Assembly (NCBI GenBank): GCA_000934665.2
Contig: KZ538043.1
Coordinates: 62,001-126,000, forward strand
Reading direction: 5' to 3'
Source: Catajapyx aquilonaris
Lineage: Eukaryota
DNA length: 64,000 nt
Shown here: positions 25,121-39,382 of the stretch, piece by piece
Position numbering within the stretch: the stretch's first letter is position 1
Layout: each line of letters opens with the position of its first letter
The notes under the pieces: model-generated
The model's database searches: none
What the model saw: only the letters and a program-made list of their open reading frames with translations
What the model was told of the DNA's origin: nothing
Program-made: the position numbers and the translations under genes

Positions 25121-26230
25121 TAATGCTCTTACTACAACTGGAGAACTTGCCACCAGAAGACAGAGGAAAGTGCAGGTCATCCATTTGACCCCCAGAGAGG
25201 AAAAGGTCAAGCATATAAACTTCTTGACCATTTCACTGCCTCTTACATTACGGTCCTAAAATGTGTGGTTGCACAAGGCCGGATATTTGCGTTGAGAATG
25301 TTTAGTCAAGTCTTCGTTATTTTATGACCGATGGAGCAATAACATTACGTTGGTACTGTACATCTGAGTAGCTGCTTAAGAACCGAGAGAGAAAAAATGA
25401 CCTTTTTACCCTCTGCCATATGTCACTGTTTAGAATATCGGTCAGGCACTTATCTCGAAAATTATGGCAATAACAGCCAGACAAAAGCCAACCTTAGGAG
25501 TCAAAAGGAATCTGAGAAATTTTGGGTCCCTCCTTGTTCCGCCAACATGAACCAAGACGATCGAAACCCAAGTTCGTGGAAACGGACTGGTTGACGACAA
25601 TACCAAGCATCGTTGTAGTTACAAGCCTTAGGTTTCCTCGCGTGCGTTGTTTCCTCCCTCAAACAACACCCTCACCATGACTAAAGATTTGCAACAGGTG
25701 GAATTTCCTTCTAACTAAAATGCGACATTTACCTCTCCATGTTATCTCACCGCATTGGATAGACAGATCGGAAGGAAGTCACCTCGAGATAAACAGCTTT
25801 CCTCTGTATTAGATAAAGCGTCCGTTTTACTAGGAATTATCTACTTGCCACAGAGTAGGGTGCTGCTTCACTATTGACAGTCAGTTCCTGACCTATTCTC
25901 CGGAGTATGTGAGTATAGCTGTGCATACAAAGTGCGATTAGCATTAATATCGCGAGACATACACGCGCTGTATCGCGTGCATTTCGATGCACGGAATCAA
26001 AATCCACAATCAATTCAAGATAAGGGAAGAAGTAAGGGGATTCATGTGAGAGTCAGAGCACAGTCAGCAGTATAATTGAAAGATTACGCGACATTTTCTA
26101 CAGGTCTAGGCAGCGCGTGTTAGCACGGATTGCTGTTCAACACGACACAAATGAATTGTGCATGGTATAGCAGTATATCACTCATTATTCGTGCTTTGGA
26201 TTTTCCCATGAATTACACCCCAGTTTTGTA

Positions 26231-26267
26231 ACGTTGCCATATGTTAACTGCTAACATATGGCAACGT
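26231..26267. repeat. Perfect 16-bp inverted repeat with 5-nt loop
   Basis: ACGTTGCCATATGTTA-ACTGC-TAACATATGGCAACGT. Confidence 0.9.
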
Positions 26268-29200
26268 CACATGTAAAACGTTTTTTAAAAAAATTGCAAT
26301 AGGTGTCATACTAGTCTTGTGAATTGAAAAACAGAATCCCCATGGCTTTGCACCTGTCTTACAGTAAGCCACGCTTATTGGTCGCGCCTGATTGAACCCA
26401 TCGGTTTTACCAAAAGAGCTATCTCGACCTCTGACGTTATTTTAGCTGGATATGTGGGTGGGTGGTTGGGGGAAAAACAGTCACAAGCGTACCACAGAAC
26501 GGATATCCAATTTACTTTTACAGCTTCCCATTCTTTTCTTTCACCTATAGAAAGTGATTTTCCGCCCCCTCCATATACACTTCTGCTCCTGACACTGCCA
26601 TATCCTTGGAAGAGTTAAGCGTACAGAACAGATTTTCTTCGGCGTTTCCTTTCTAACTCCCCCACCCCACCCTTGGACCCGTGACATAAGTGCCAAGCTC
26701 ACACATGTTGCTTCCTATTCGTGTTTATCATGTTCACCTAATTTTTACTGCCACTTTACGCCGTAATTATTGCTGGTGTAATGACACACCCTAGAACAAC
26801 AAGGCCAGTGATGTTTTTTTCCTCCAATTTTTTGTACGTCCTGAACCTTCCAATCTCATATATCTGACTAGCTAACTGCCATCTGCGAGTTTTTCAATAC
26901 AAGGCTCGGAGGGTCAAACAAAAAAACGACGCATTTCTGAGCGATACAATCAGTAAAGAGGCCATCAAGTACGGTCCCGCAGTGTCCAATTGAGATATAA
27001 TGATCTGGAGTGATTTCAGTTCCTAAGAGGTCTATTTCCCATTGATTTGCCTTTGAATGAAAAACCACAGACCAAAAAAAAATCGCTGTATGTTATTATT
27101 CGTCTGATCCGCACAATAACAGCTGCTGTATAGGTAAAAGGAACGTTTCCCACTCGACTTATGAAAATTCCTGGACACAAAAAATTTGCCCGCAAAATTT
27201 TGTCCACACATTACAATAACCTGGGGTGGCTCGCATAATGGAAAAGTGAGTTCAAAAATACATGATGCATTTTTTGAACTCACTTTTCCATTGAACGTGT
27301 CCCCCATCTGATTGTCGGGTACGTCCCACTCCCACCCTTCTTAAGGGCAACTCCCGACTGTGATGAAGGCACTTACTCAGACCTCTCATGGTGTCCATTC
27401 ATCCAGAAAAAAAGAACCGGCGACTTTTCAACTTTAAAAAATGATAGGGATTGAGAAGGGTACTTCCTCAAAGGAACAATGGCGTTCACATGTTCATTAG
27501 TAACTGATAGTTCAGGGTACATCTCAATTAAGAAGTTGCATCCAGTTCATTTAGTCGAATCTGGCTAAGCCCCCCTTTTCTCTGGTTCTATCCGAGGTGA
27601 GCTTTTCTAGGCCTGAGCTGGGCTGGCTGGCTGGCGTCCCACTCCGCCTTGCATGACGAACGGCCCACAATTGGGGACAAAAGACAAGCATCATTGGGAT
27701 AAAAGCAAATCCTCGTTAGTGGAGGGAGTCCACGCCGCGTAATATGGCGGTGGGCGCCCTGGGAGGTCGACCCCCTAACACAAGTGCTCGAGGCTCTCTT
27801 TTTCTCTCTTGTATAGAGAAAAGGAGAGGACTGGCAGGGTTAGGGTGCTGAAGGTGCAGGGAGACGAAGGGAGGGTATAGCACACCCAATTTCCACACTT
27901 GTTGTAAAAGAAGGGGGTTTAGATGGGGATGAACCTGGGCACGTAACTTGGCGTGACCGTTTCCAAGACTCCCCACAATTGTCTCCACAGGGAGTTGTCA
28001 TGCGATGCGAGGGGCGCTTGAGACGATTAGGGATGAGTCTGGGTTTAGAGGTGATATCCCCTTCACGACAGGAAGTAATACCCCCAGACTGCTGGGTAAA
28101 GTCTGCAGTCGACTCACCCAGAAAGGTCATTACTAAGCGGCTGTTGTTGGTGGTTCGGATCCGACTATGTAATTTTTCGGTTAGAATCGTATCGTATCGT
28201 ATAGTATTCAACAAAGTTGTCAGATTGTCTGCTGCCCAATGAAAAAAAGTATACTCGAATCAATAACAGATTTATTCACATATCAGAATTTTTGTATACA
28301 TATTAAATTCTTTATACGTTTTTGTGCTATATTGAGGAGAAGCTCAGGTAGAAAATCCGAGTTTTCATCAGCGTACTTTTTTTTTTTGGTCTGGCAGTCT
28401 CCCCTTCTCCCCCGCCTCCCTCCCCACCAGACCCTGGCCCAACAATTTGAATCCTCCGCGGGGAAACTCCATCCCAACCAGCCAGCCCCGGTCCTGGGCT
28501 GGCAAGTGCAAACGTAGAACGCTTCCGATATGAAACATGAAATTTGTATCAAGTGCATGAATAGGGTTGCCGCCGGGGTCTAGAGGGAACAAAAGGGCCA
28601 ACCCAATGGCACATCTACCCCAAACCATCCCGCAATTAAAATTAAACGCCATTTATTATTCACCATTTGCTCGAATTTCATCAAGAGGAGAGAGATCGGG
28701 GCTGGGATGGAAGGGAGGGGGGGGGGATGCTGGAAGGGAGGAAAATGGAAAGAGGGATAGAGACAGAGTGCCTCATATTCCTTCAGGGCAGGTTACACTG
28801 CGGTCATATTATGTAAACTAATAATATTTACAAGCTATGTTGATTATTTTAGGGTCATTGCTACAGGCGGTTGCACTGAAAATTAATGTTTGTGAATGAC
28901 TTTACTTGAAAAATTCGGGAGAAAACATGTTCCACTTGCTGTTAACATGTTTTTCTTCCTGTAGATGCATAACTGTTACTAGATATTAATATTAGTAAAT
29001 ATGAAGCTTCTAGCAGCTATAGTTTTCTGCGACTTGATTTTTGGTTGGCTTCTTTTTCTGGCTACTGGCTGGTTGGCTGGCTGAAGTAGAGATGGCTCGC
29101 AGTTATGTACCGAAGAGGAAAGCAATCAAGCCAACGGAAGATGCCGCAGTGCTGTACGAACAGGCCCCCGATCGCAGTGATAAATCAGCGAAGCATCTGG

Positions 29201-30892
29201 TTCTGATGGCCCTACTTTCATCTCGCAGATTATCAACGTCATAAATAATGAAAAATCTTCGGAGAAATCATTTCCAAAAGACCAGGAACTTGGGGAGGGA
29301 GGGTGAACCGGGGGAGGAAATTGGCGAAAGGGGAGGAGGAGAAGAGGAGAGAGAGAGAGAGAGAAAAAAAGGAAAACGAGGCCAGGCTGTGCTCAAACCT
29401 CATCAACTCAAGGCGCCATCTTGGAGATAGTACTATCCTGTGCGATCGCGGCCATTTTGGATGCCAGTGTATGATTTTTGTTGACTAGTGTTCAGCCAGC
29501 CAGCCCCAGTGAGGCAGCCAGGCAGCGAGGGGTGGGGATTAAAAATACAGGCGCATGTGTTAAACTTTTCACTGTCAGGAGCCCAGCGGCGTGGCATGCA
29601 GCAAATCGGCCACATGTAGTGTGGTACACAATTTCAGCTCAAAGGAGATCGCAGTAGGTGGCGATGTAAACACTGGTGCGTAATTATTAAATCATCAGTC
29701 ACCTTGTGCAGCAGGAGCTGCTGGTGGTGCTGTAATCAAGGACGACTTACGTAAGAGGTGCTTACTGCTGGGTACGGTACATGGCATGTTTGCATGATTT
29801 TTTTGCCATGTTGGATGACTGAAGTGGAAATGCAGGCCTCGGAAGGGATGGAATAGTTTTTAGAGGGAAATGATGTAGATAGCAAGTTTTTGCTTGTAGG
29901 TTCATATCCGCGGAAGTTTTGTATCTGCAAAATGTGGAAACATAATGCGCCTGTGATATTGATGCCAATAGTAGTGCTTCCGGTCACATGAGAAGTGTCA
30001 GGCTCTTGTTACATACAACTGACGCTCTTACAGAGACATTGTGAAATTCTCTGATAATTGCAATGATCTGACATGTCGACCAGGGAAATGATCTAGCATA
30101 CTTCCTGTTAAAGGGTGGGTGGGGTGCTCTCCCTCCCATGGGAAGAAGGGGGGTCCAGGGCTGGGTCCTTGGTTAGGATCGCTTCTGCAACAGACGCGGC
30201 AGGCGCCGAGTAAACGTGAAATCAATGGGATTGTTCGTCATCCTCAGCTCACGGCCGAGTGCATCGTAGCCCCGGGGATCGACGGTACGGCACGCCACGC
30301 CATGGCAGAAGCAGATACCATTTCCATAAAATTGACGGAGGCCAGTTGTTGACCCCCCTCCAATACTATAACTTCCCTCCCTGCCTCCCCACGATTCTGA
30401 TGGTCTGTTCTCGGCCTTATGGCCCGAAAGTGAAAATGATCACTCTCGATTTCCTCCCCCACCTAACCCCCTTTCCTCACCCTGACTTTCTGGGTATAGG
30501 GTATAGAGGGGGGGGGGGGNGGGAGGGATACACGCTCCATTGGGGCCGTTTCATCGATTCCTTGCCTTGTAACGTCGTTCACTTTGGGTCAAATAATTCC
30601 GGAGAGGGATATTGAATTGAAAAGTGGTCCAGGAGCAGACTGTCCACATTACTTGCGGATTATTAGCCACAAATCAGAGCTCGGAACAGCTCTCCCCCCC
30701 TCCCCAGCCAGCAGCACTATACCACTCCTCTTCCAGTAGGGCAGACCAATTTTCTCTCTTCCAACACCCAAGTTGGCGAGTGCCGGCAGTTGGCAGGAAA
30801 TTACGTGAACTAGAAGTTGTAGGCCGTTTGCAGCCGAGGGGGACAGCAGTTGGGCCGATGCGTCCACCCAACACTCAAGTTGGACATGTCAC

Positions 30893-31008
30893 CTACGCTT
30901 TCGTATCGGGAGACCCCGTATTTTTGAGGCGTGTATCTTCTGAAAAATCCGCTGAGGCTATAGGGGTGGATCCGCTGAAGAATAGGGGTGGATCCGCTGA
31001 AGAATAGG
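30893..31008 (+). repeat. Truncated relative of the 3042 element with a 22-23-bp tandem repeat
   Basis: CTACGCTTTCGTATCGGGAGACCC matches 3037-3060. ATCCGCTGA-containing units start at 30947, 30970 and 30992 (ATAGGGGTGGATCCGCTGAAGA) and match GTATCCGCTGAAGGATAGGTGTGTATCCGC near 3095. Confidence 0.65.
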
Positions 31009-34000
31009 CTCCACCTGGAGGGACGGTTATAGGTCATGGGGTAGTAGCACAAATATTGAATGTATGATATGATTGTTACATTCCCATGTATTTTCAATTC
31101 CATTTCGATTCCCACCACCCATGTTCCCGCAGTCATCAAGAGTGGCCATCCACCCTCCTCACATCACCCGACTGACTGCCAAGAGTGCATCGAAGAACCA
31201 ATTTCAACCCCATTGATCTCTCCCCCCCCCCTCCCCCCTTCCCCAGCATCCAAAGGGAAGGAAAGGGCCGCGTTTTAACAACATAAAAAACGGGTTTCAA
31301 TGCATGCAAAAGAGCAAGTTCGCCATGAAAAATTTTCCCATCCTCCTGCTCTCAACAATTGAAAATGTGGGGAGGGGAGTAGTCAGCCTGGTTTTCCCAG
31401 GTCTGCGACAAGTGACTCTTGTGCGGCACATGACAGGATAGAGGGCTTAATAACGGATTAATTCTCGTGTGGTTTGGGCCTTTTCTCCCCCCCAAGTGGG
31501 ACGCTGTCTCAGACATTTTTTTTTTTGGCAGACTTCACTCCCCATGTCCTAATTTTCTCTTGAGAGACTGTAAAAATTAACAGAGAGAGGTATAGGTATG
31601 GTGCTTCGAGATGAAATTTTTGCATGCTTGAGGGAGATTACAAGTAGGAGGGGGTTACAACATCCGAATTAATTCCCAGCGGGGATTCCCATGGCTGCCA
31701 TCAGCCGGAGGGACCTCTGGGAGCTTTGAAGTAGAGTCGAGACTTGGCGAAACGGAGTTAGCCTTTTTTTTGTAGAGTTAGACCCCCCCTGCCATACCTT
31801 TCCCCCCATGTCGTTTTAAAGGGGGTGCAGCAGTTTAATGGGCAAGGGGGGGGGGGGAGAGCAATTCTGATCCTTCTCGCTCACTTTGAAAATTGTGGAA
31901 GATGGAGGACCTTAGGGCCGAAGAGGTGATTGTTTGCTGGACGATCGTTTCCCACCTCCCATCTAGACAAACGTATATCGAAAGTCAATTCCGTACACAA
32001 GTGCCCATTATTTCTGAACAGGAACAAGCAAAAAAAAGGTGGTATAGGCTTGCTCAAGTGAGAGGACGCATCAAAGGATTGGTTTGATAAAGGATCCGAC
32101 TTTTCTAATTAGCTTACAGTCAGAACATTTTTCGCAATTTTGTAAATAGATTTGTAAAGACTGTATAATTTATTAATAGTGAAGGTTGGCATATGTTTTG
32201 CTGGCATCGCATCGTGACAATTTAGTGGTGAATGCAACAGAAAGTGGGATAGAGGGATTTAAATTTGAAAAATGTAATTGGGGGAACTAAAATTAATGTC
32301 CAGAACGATCAGTGTCACATTTGTACTGGTTTTGAGATATGAGTGTTTGAAAATTATTTGTTTATTTTTTATTATTTTACCCCGTTGGGATTTTTGGCCA
32401 TTAGGGAGAGACAGTGTTTGGAAATCATTGAATTATTTATTATAAAATGATTTTTTCGTCAAATATTTCTCTAGGTCTAGGAGCTATAACATCTTTACTG
32501 CAAATATGACAATCATTAGAAATCACCATCTGATGCCTACATGAAACAATGCATTTAACTCAATTTTGACCAAAATTCGTTATGTTTATTGTAAATAAAA
32601 CAAAATTGAATTCACGTTTAGGGTGCGATTGTGGGAATTCAGTATTATGCATAACATCCTACAAATTACTTAATCGTGTTAATTAGAAATTTTAACACAT
32701 CACAGCATCCCTTTGAAAGTGTAGCACTTTCATTTAAAAATCCAGTAAAATCGTTGAACCCGGAAAAAAAAACCTGCAAATCTCTCCGTATAGATCAGCT
32801 TTCCAATCCGAGTGTACCTGCTGACTGTGAAGAGAACTGGGTGGAATCTAGCTGTCGAAACGAGGGTGGGTGGTGGGGAAGGCAATGTTTAGTATGCGAA
32901 CGCCAGTTTCCCCAGCGAGGACTGATAGCGTTTGGGAGTCTGTCCGTTCCAAGAGGCTATCCCACACTGGTCAGATAAAGCCCACTATTCTTCAGTCCTT
33001 TGTGCAGCGGACAGTTAGCCGATCATAGGGACAGAGGCGCGAATGGATTCGATCAAAAGCTCCTGGCGCTTGTGGCCCTTCCCGACTTGTTTAAATCACC
33101 CCCCCCCCCTCTACTCTTTTCCCTAAATGGAGAAAGGGAATTCTAAAGGGTGAGGGTGGGAGAGAGAGAAAAAAAGAGAGGAGAAGTCCGGGGGAAAAAA
33201 GTAGCCCCTTGTGACTCAAACCAGAGGCTTTTCTCGTGCCCTTTTGCATTGTCACTAGGGAGGTGGGTGGTTGAAGGGTGAATACTTGGAGATGGCCAAG
33301 ATTGCCCTCCCACTTCTTTCCCTCCCCAGTTTCTATATGACCAGCAGCCACCAGCCATCACCTTTTTCCACCATCCTCTCTGGACCCTAGTAGTAGCCAC
33401 CGACCGATTCCTATCTTGCAGCTGTAAGGCCAATGGGTTGGGCACACACGGGGTCATAAGGAAAAAGGGGGGGGGTGTGTTTGGAAGGAAAAGAGATGCT
33501 TCTTGCAGGAGGCAGCGAGACGCGTGCGGACCTTTTGTTACGGGGAGCAAGGGTTGGGTAAATATATGTGTTTATCTGATGGGAAATTTCAGGTTTTGCG
33601 AAGGACCTTTTGTGATGCAAAGAGGGTAACGTCTCCGGGAGGTCACCTGCGTTTGGGTGCTGCTTGTGCGACGGATTGGATTGCTGGAGAGATAGGGCAG
33701 GAGAGAGGAAGTTGGATTGCTTATGAAGCTTGGAAGGAAACAAATTGGGCCAATTTTTTGGATGCAGTAATTTTTGATTGCAATTAGGCCCGATTTAAGT
33801 GGAGAAAAATTTATTAAATTTGCCGCCAGTGTCACGAATGGGAAACTAATTTTATCGCACCAATTTTGTTGGGTTCTGCCAACACGGAGCATGTTTGAGG
33901 ACAATTTAGCGCAGTACTTTACTACAGAATAACTAAAATCTTACCAACATCTACTATGACGGCTTTTATATAAATGGGCTACGGCTAACTTATGCAACCG

Positions 34001-34781
34001 GATGCCTATAATAAAGATCCCCCGAGTTGGTACCAGGTCATGTAGTGTGGGTAACTCGAACCGGAAAAAGGATGCAGAAGTTACTGGTGCAGTTAATAAT
34101 CACACCGCGGCCCCCACCTTTACAAGCCTTTAATGCAAAAGAGGCTCATAAAACCTGTAAATTGCGGTTCACGAGAGCCAAAAAGGCAAGTTGAACCTGC
34201 CGCGAATTTTTTCCCCTTTGGCCTTTCCACCCCTTCCCAAGTGGGTTGATATCTTCATCTCATACACATTAGACTATTTTTCATGGTCTTAGTTCCAGTG
34301 GGGGAAGTCTTTCTTACCCGCCGTGATTACATCTGTAAACTGTCACCACAGGCCGCAGTTCAAGGGAATTAATGAAAGTAAATTATGAAGGCAGCTCTCT
34401 CTTGCTTTGCAAGGGAACTCCTGCTCTTTGTTACTGCCATCCTATTCAGGGTGTCGTACGAAGGGTGGTTTTTGCACCAAGTGCAAAAAGGGAGTCGTCC
34501 ATTGCGTCGTCGGAAGATGGGTCGTTCATTATGGGACCCAGGACTTTGCGCGACAATGAAACCTGCGCACCCCGAGATTTATCACGCGAGCATGGGGCTG
34601 GTGTGACAAAAGGCACTGAGGGGGCAGCCCCCGGGGTTTTCTTCCCAAAGGTTGGCGCCTTCCCATTTGCCCATTCAACCGAGCGAGCCCATTGTTGGGA
34701 TTCCTCCGGAGTCAAGACGCGGAGTGGATGGGGTGGTTGCCATTTGCAACCGCGTAACCATCGGTAGCTTCAAGGAGAAGA

Positions 34782-34823
34782 GGGTGGTGGTGGTGGTGGT
34801 GGTGAGGAGGGGGGGGGGGGTGG
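34782..34823. repeat. (GGT)n/(GGA)n/poly-G simple repeat
   Basis: ggtggtggtggtggtggtggtgaggagggggggggggg. Confidence 0.9.
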
Positions 34824-37800
34824 AAATGAATTTATAACATGTCGGAAGGTTGGGGGGGGGGCGACAACAAGGGGGTCAGGTTCGGGGAAAAAGGGAGTAA
34901 ATGGCCGGTGGGAAATCGGAGGACAATGGTCGCAATGATGAGTCTCTGGAGGTGTCCCTGCTGGTGAGTGGGAGGGGTTGGCCACAAAAGTTTGGGGTTT
35001 TGGGGGAAAGGTGCTGGAATGCAGAGGGATGTCCACCTTGTTTTCTGCTATCTGTGACTTCTGCCAGCGGATTCAACAAATGGCAAAAATTCCACACTCA
35101 AATCTGACCAAACTGAAACGAATATTTCAACGAGCTGCAATATTTGCCATCTTTCTAGTTAGCACACGTTTTACACGATCCTATGAGAAGGTGGTACTCT
35201 GCCTGATTTTCAAGCAATAGTATAATACCATTAGGTTAGTGCGGTGGGGGGCAACGGACCACAAAGGGGTACAATATCGCAGAGGGTGGTTCCAAACACT
35301 GTATGTAGAAGTCATGCATGCATTTCAAGGACCACCAACACATGCGATGGACCGTTTGGCATGCCCAAAATTGAACATTGTTGTCATTGACAGAAACCGT
35401 CAGTATTCCCCCAACACTACCTGTTTCATTTTTCGCAACAAAGCCTTTCCCTACTCACCCAGTTAGCTCCCAATCAGTGCAGCACTACGACCTCCAAACA
35501 CACCAAAAATTCCTCATCTGACCAAGTTATTAAAAACGGGGCCGCGTTTGACAGGACCGTTAAGAACTCTTTTGCTCCGAACTGTATACATCCCATCATG
35601 ACTTTCCAAAGGTGGACATCCCTGCTCCTATTCTGTCTCTTCTTCTCTTTCGAGGCCTCCCTTTGACATCGGAGGGAACCCATACACCTTTTTCCTCCCT
35701 TTTCCTCTACCCTCGTATAGAACCCTCCTCTCTTGGTTGTCGCTCCGTTTGGAGAAGCCAACCAAGTTGTCACCGCTCTTGACTGCGATGTCACCGCCGA
35801 TATCTTAATAAACGCACATTGTTCGTCAGGGGCTCCCTCCGACCTGCTGCTTCCAAAAGGGGGGAGACGGGGCTTTGCTTTTGGTTGAGAGAAGGCACCT
35901 GGGCAACAACCGGCGGGGATGTCACAAGGTGTGGCGTAACTATACCTTCCCAAGGATAGGGAGAGGAAAAAAGGACATGGAGGAAAAAATTGGGGGTCCT
36001 GCCTCAATTGAGTCGAGTTAACGGAAGAAGTGAATCAGAGTGGACTTGACGGGCTTCTTGCTTTAGGGCGACATATTCACCCCTCGTAAGTCAATTTTTT
36101 GGTCAAAATATGTGTCACGGACCTTGTTGAATTTTTGGCTGGTTATAGTTGAATAAGAGCAGGTTTGGCTACCAATTTAGAAGATGTGTCCCTCTGAAAG
36201 GATTGTAGGTGGACCCCCCCTTTTCCATGACAACATCCTCGCTGATTTGTGGTATCGCAAACGTTCCGGTTCCAATCAGTCCAAAACAGGAAGGCTCCCT
36301 TCCCTCTTCCCCCAACCCCCTAACAAGTGACCCCTTTGGCCATGTGCTGGCCAAGAGTGATCCTATCCCTGAACCCATGCTGCACACGTGCGGGCAACCA
36401 AATGAACGCCGCAGAGTGGGATTTAGCTTGAAAGGAAATAATTGATAGGAGATATGTCTCTTTCCCCCTCTGCATGTGGGGGAAACCAAACCATGGATGA
36501 TCCCACACACACTATTACGTGTGTAATGGCAAATTTGCGGCTGTTCAACAATTGACCCGGATTTTACGACTTAAGCTTCTGCTGGGCAGCATGCGAGCCA
36601 CTAGAGCAGACCTGATCAGATCAATACTTCTTACAACCGGAATAGGACCTGTCATCAGCTTGGGCAGTTTTTGGCCAAATTTATACGTCATGAGTCGGCT
36701 CCCAGAAAATATTTTCTAGTCGCATCTGAAGTTGTTTGATTTTGTAGAGTTGATACAACCAAGCTCTTGATACAACCTTCTCTATAGAAGGCAAAACAGT
36801 TTTTGTACAAAGGTAAATTATAGGGTCTCCCACCAGATAGGTGGCCCAGATATGTTAGATTTGAAGTCGACATTAAAAATGTATTCAGCTGCCTCTGGGA
36901 CACTAGGATGACTCTTCACCCCCTAAAGGTCCCTCCTTCCCTTCATACATTCGGGTGAAGCCCCTCTTTTTCGTTAGGAACCCTTGATGATCAAGATATC
37001 AAAGGCCATCCCCATCGGAAGCGACCAGGTTTCTAGTCACACACAAGTTTAAGAAAATAGAGCCGACTGTCCTGCTGGCTTGTAAGGTTTGACTTCTCAA
37101 TAACGGTGGGTGATGATGCTTATTATTCATGCGTGGGGGAAGAGGGATGTGTGATGGGAGGGGGGGGGGGGGTTGATCCTTTATCCGGGGCCAGTGTTTT
37201 GTTGGACGCTTTTGTGCAGCCAGGGAGAGAGGAGGGTGGGGGACACCCAAATAGGGAAGTTGGATGCGATTGTCATGTGCAGCGGCAATCCCCTCCCGTC
37301 CATCTATAAAATGGGCCAAATTGGTGATGGGTTTCTAGACCCGTTGAAGAGACGCCGCTGCATCAGAGTGGGCGGCGTGGGAAAAATGATGGATGGCCAA
37401 TCATAACATTTTCGTGGGATCCGTTTTTAGGCCAGGGAGTCTCCTCAGTGCATATTCAGTTGTGCTCAATTGTGAAGGCTTGAGATGCCGTCGTACAATA
37501 ATACAAAATTGATTAGTAATGCAATTTATTCTAATGTGTCTGTACTAGAAGAAATGTCACTGGAACCTATCAATTAAGGCAGTCTTGTCACCTAAAATCT
37601 GGTCCACAAACATGGCGCCGATTCCCCCATTCAGCATTATGAATATCCTGCGAGCCGCGAAATATTTTTGCCATATAACCACAGGAGATGGCCACGCTCG
37701 ACAGGCTCACAATTGTTCGATGCATAAACGTTTGGCACGTCACAAACATCGTCATTCATGCATAAGAAGGGGGTGGTTGGGAGGACTGAACTATACAGCT

Positions 37801-39116
37801 GATCTCAGCCCAAGTTCCATCCCTAGAAACATCTGCTCCCATAGCTAATGACAGAGAAGTTGGAGATAAAAAGGCACTATTGTGAATCGCTGGGCATCAG
37901 GACGAACCTTATCATAATCGTCTATCAGCCGAAGGGAGTAGAAGGAGGGATGTTTCTATGACCCCCAGCGTTGGCTTCCTGTGGAGTGTTTTTGGGGCAG
38001 TCTGCAATGGCAAAAGAGCCGAGGGGGAGAGAGACCGGCCAAGCTCAAATGGTTCAGGAAAAATGTCCACATGCGAAAACATCCCTGCTGAAAATTCATG
38101 GGAGGATTCAAAAGCCAAAGAGGGAGGGGATTGGATGGGAGAAGTGACTTCTATAGAATTCGAGATGACACGGATGGGCTGATAACGGGCATTGGACATC
38201 CCGGTTTTTTTTTAGTGCAGCGGCTACCTTTTGTACATGGCTTTTTCATCAAGAGCTTGAAGTTATATAAGGGGTTGTTTCTCCCGCCTTCGAAAAATTC
38301 ATGCAGATTGAACCTCGGTGTAAGGTTTCCTTTACAAATTTTTTGAGACTTGCTAATCTCATTCATATGCAAAACAGCACATTGATGTTGCAGAGTTTCC
38401 TGTTTCATTAGCTTGAAGAGAAAATGTTCTTTCCTCACTTCATCACTAGTGTAAATGAGTTAGGGGTGAAAAAGTAGCTGTGTAGTAATTCCCTTGTCAG
38501 TTTGCACAATAAATATTTAAAATTTTCACCCAATGATACGTAAGTGTCAAGTGTACACTTTTCACATCAGAAAGACATTAAACGAGGTCATACCCTATGC
38601 ATGTGATGAATTTTGATAAATTTGCAATAATCGTCGGTATATTGTCCGATCGAAGTGATCTTCAGCATCTTCCCCCTAACATGGCAGAAGGGATGCAGAG
38701 GCGTGAGCAGCACCGAGTCTCTCTCTCCTCTGGATTGATTTCCCGTCCCGGCAATCTCCTGCGTGCGAAAGCCATCGTTCGGAGTGGTTGACAAGGCGTC
38801 CGGACCCCACATTAGGCCCCCGTGATTTATCTCCAAGTGATGCCACTTCACTCCCCAGTGTATCAATATTGGAACTCACTCTCTAGCGACCCCAGCAGCA
38901 GGGCCCATGCAGCACTTCCCCTCCTCTCTTCCTCTCTTCCTTCCTCCAGCACAGCATCCCGACAGCATCAACGCCCTCTTTTTCTCTCTTCTGTTCTTCG
39001 CTGCAACCCTCCCCATTCAAAGAGCGCCGCTTTTTTTTGTGATCGATCATCAGGCCAGTGATTTCATCAGGTCACGCAAGGGGGTGTCGAATTAGTAATA
39101 ATATCGAAATGCAATT

Positions 39117-39382
39117 GAGGTGTTGACATGGGAGATGGCGTAAGTCACAAAAATAATTTTTTTACATGGGATAGGGGGGAAAAAAAGCAGGGTTGGGAAC
39201 ACTGAGAATCAGATTTTATTACAGAAAAGCATACTTAGGCCTATTGTCGGATGTTGTTATAGAAAGTCATGAAAAGTCAAATCAAATCAGTTTATGAGTT
39301 TAGAATTTAAATTTAGTCTACTTTTTTCTTTCTTTTTGGATGAGGCATATTTCTCTTTGGGACTTTCCCATGTTAACGCCTC
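39117..39382. mobile_element. Sola-like MITE, copy 2 (opposite orientation to copy 1)
   Basis: AATT|GAGGTGTTGACATGGGAGATGGCGTAAGTCAC ... CTTTCCCATGTTAACGCCTC|AATT with perfect AATT TSD (39113-39116, 39383-39386). Shares CAGATTTTATTACA and AAAGTCATGAAAAGTCAA with the reverse complement of copy 1. Confidence 0.85.

Noticed and set aside
28921..28955. Short inverted repeat of AAAACATGTT
   Set aside because: The arms are short, AT-rich and self-palindromic, so a chance match is plausible.
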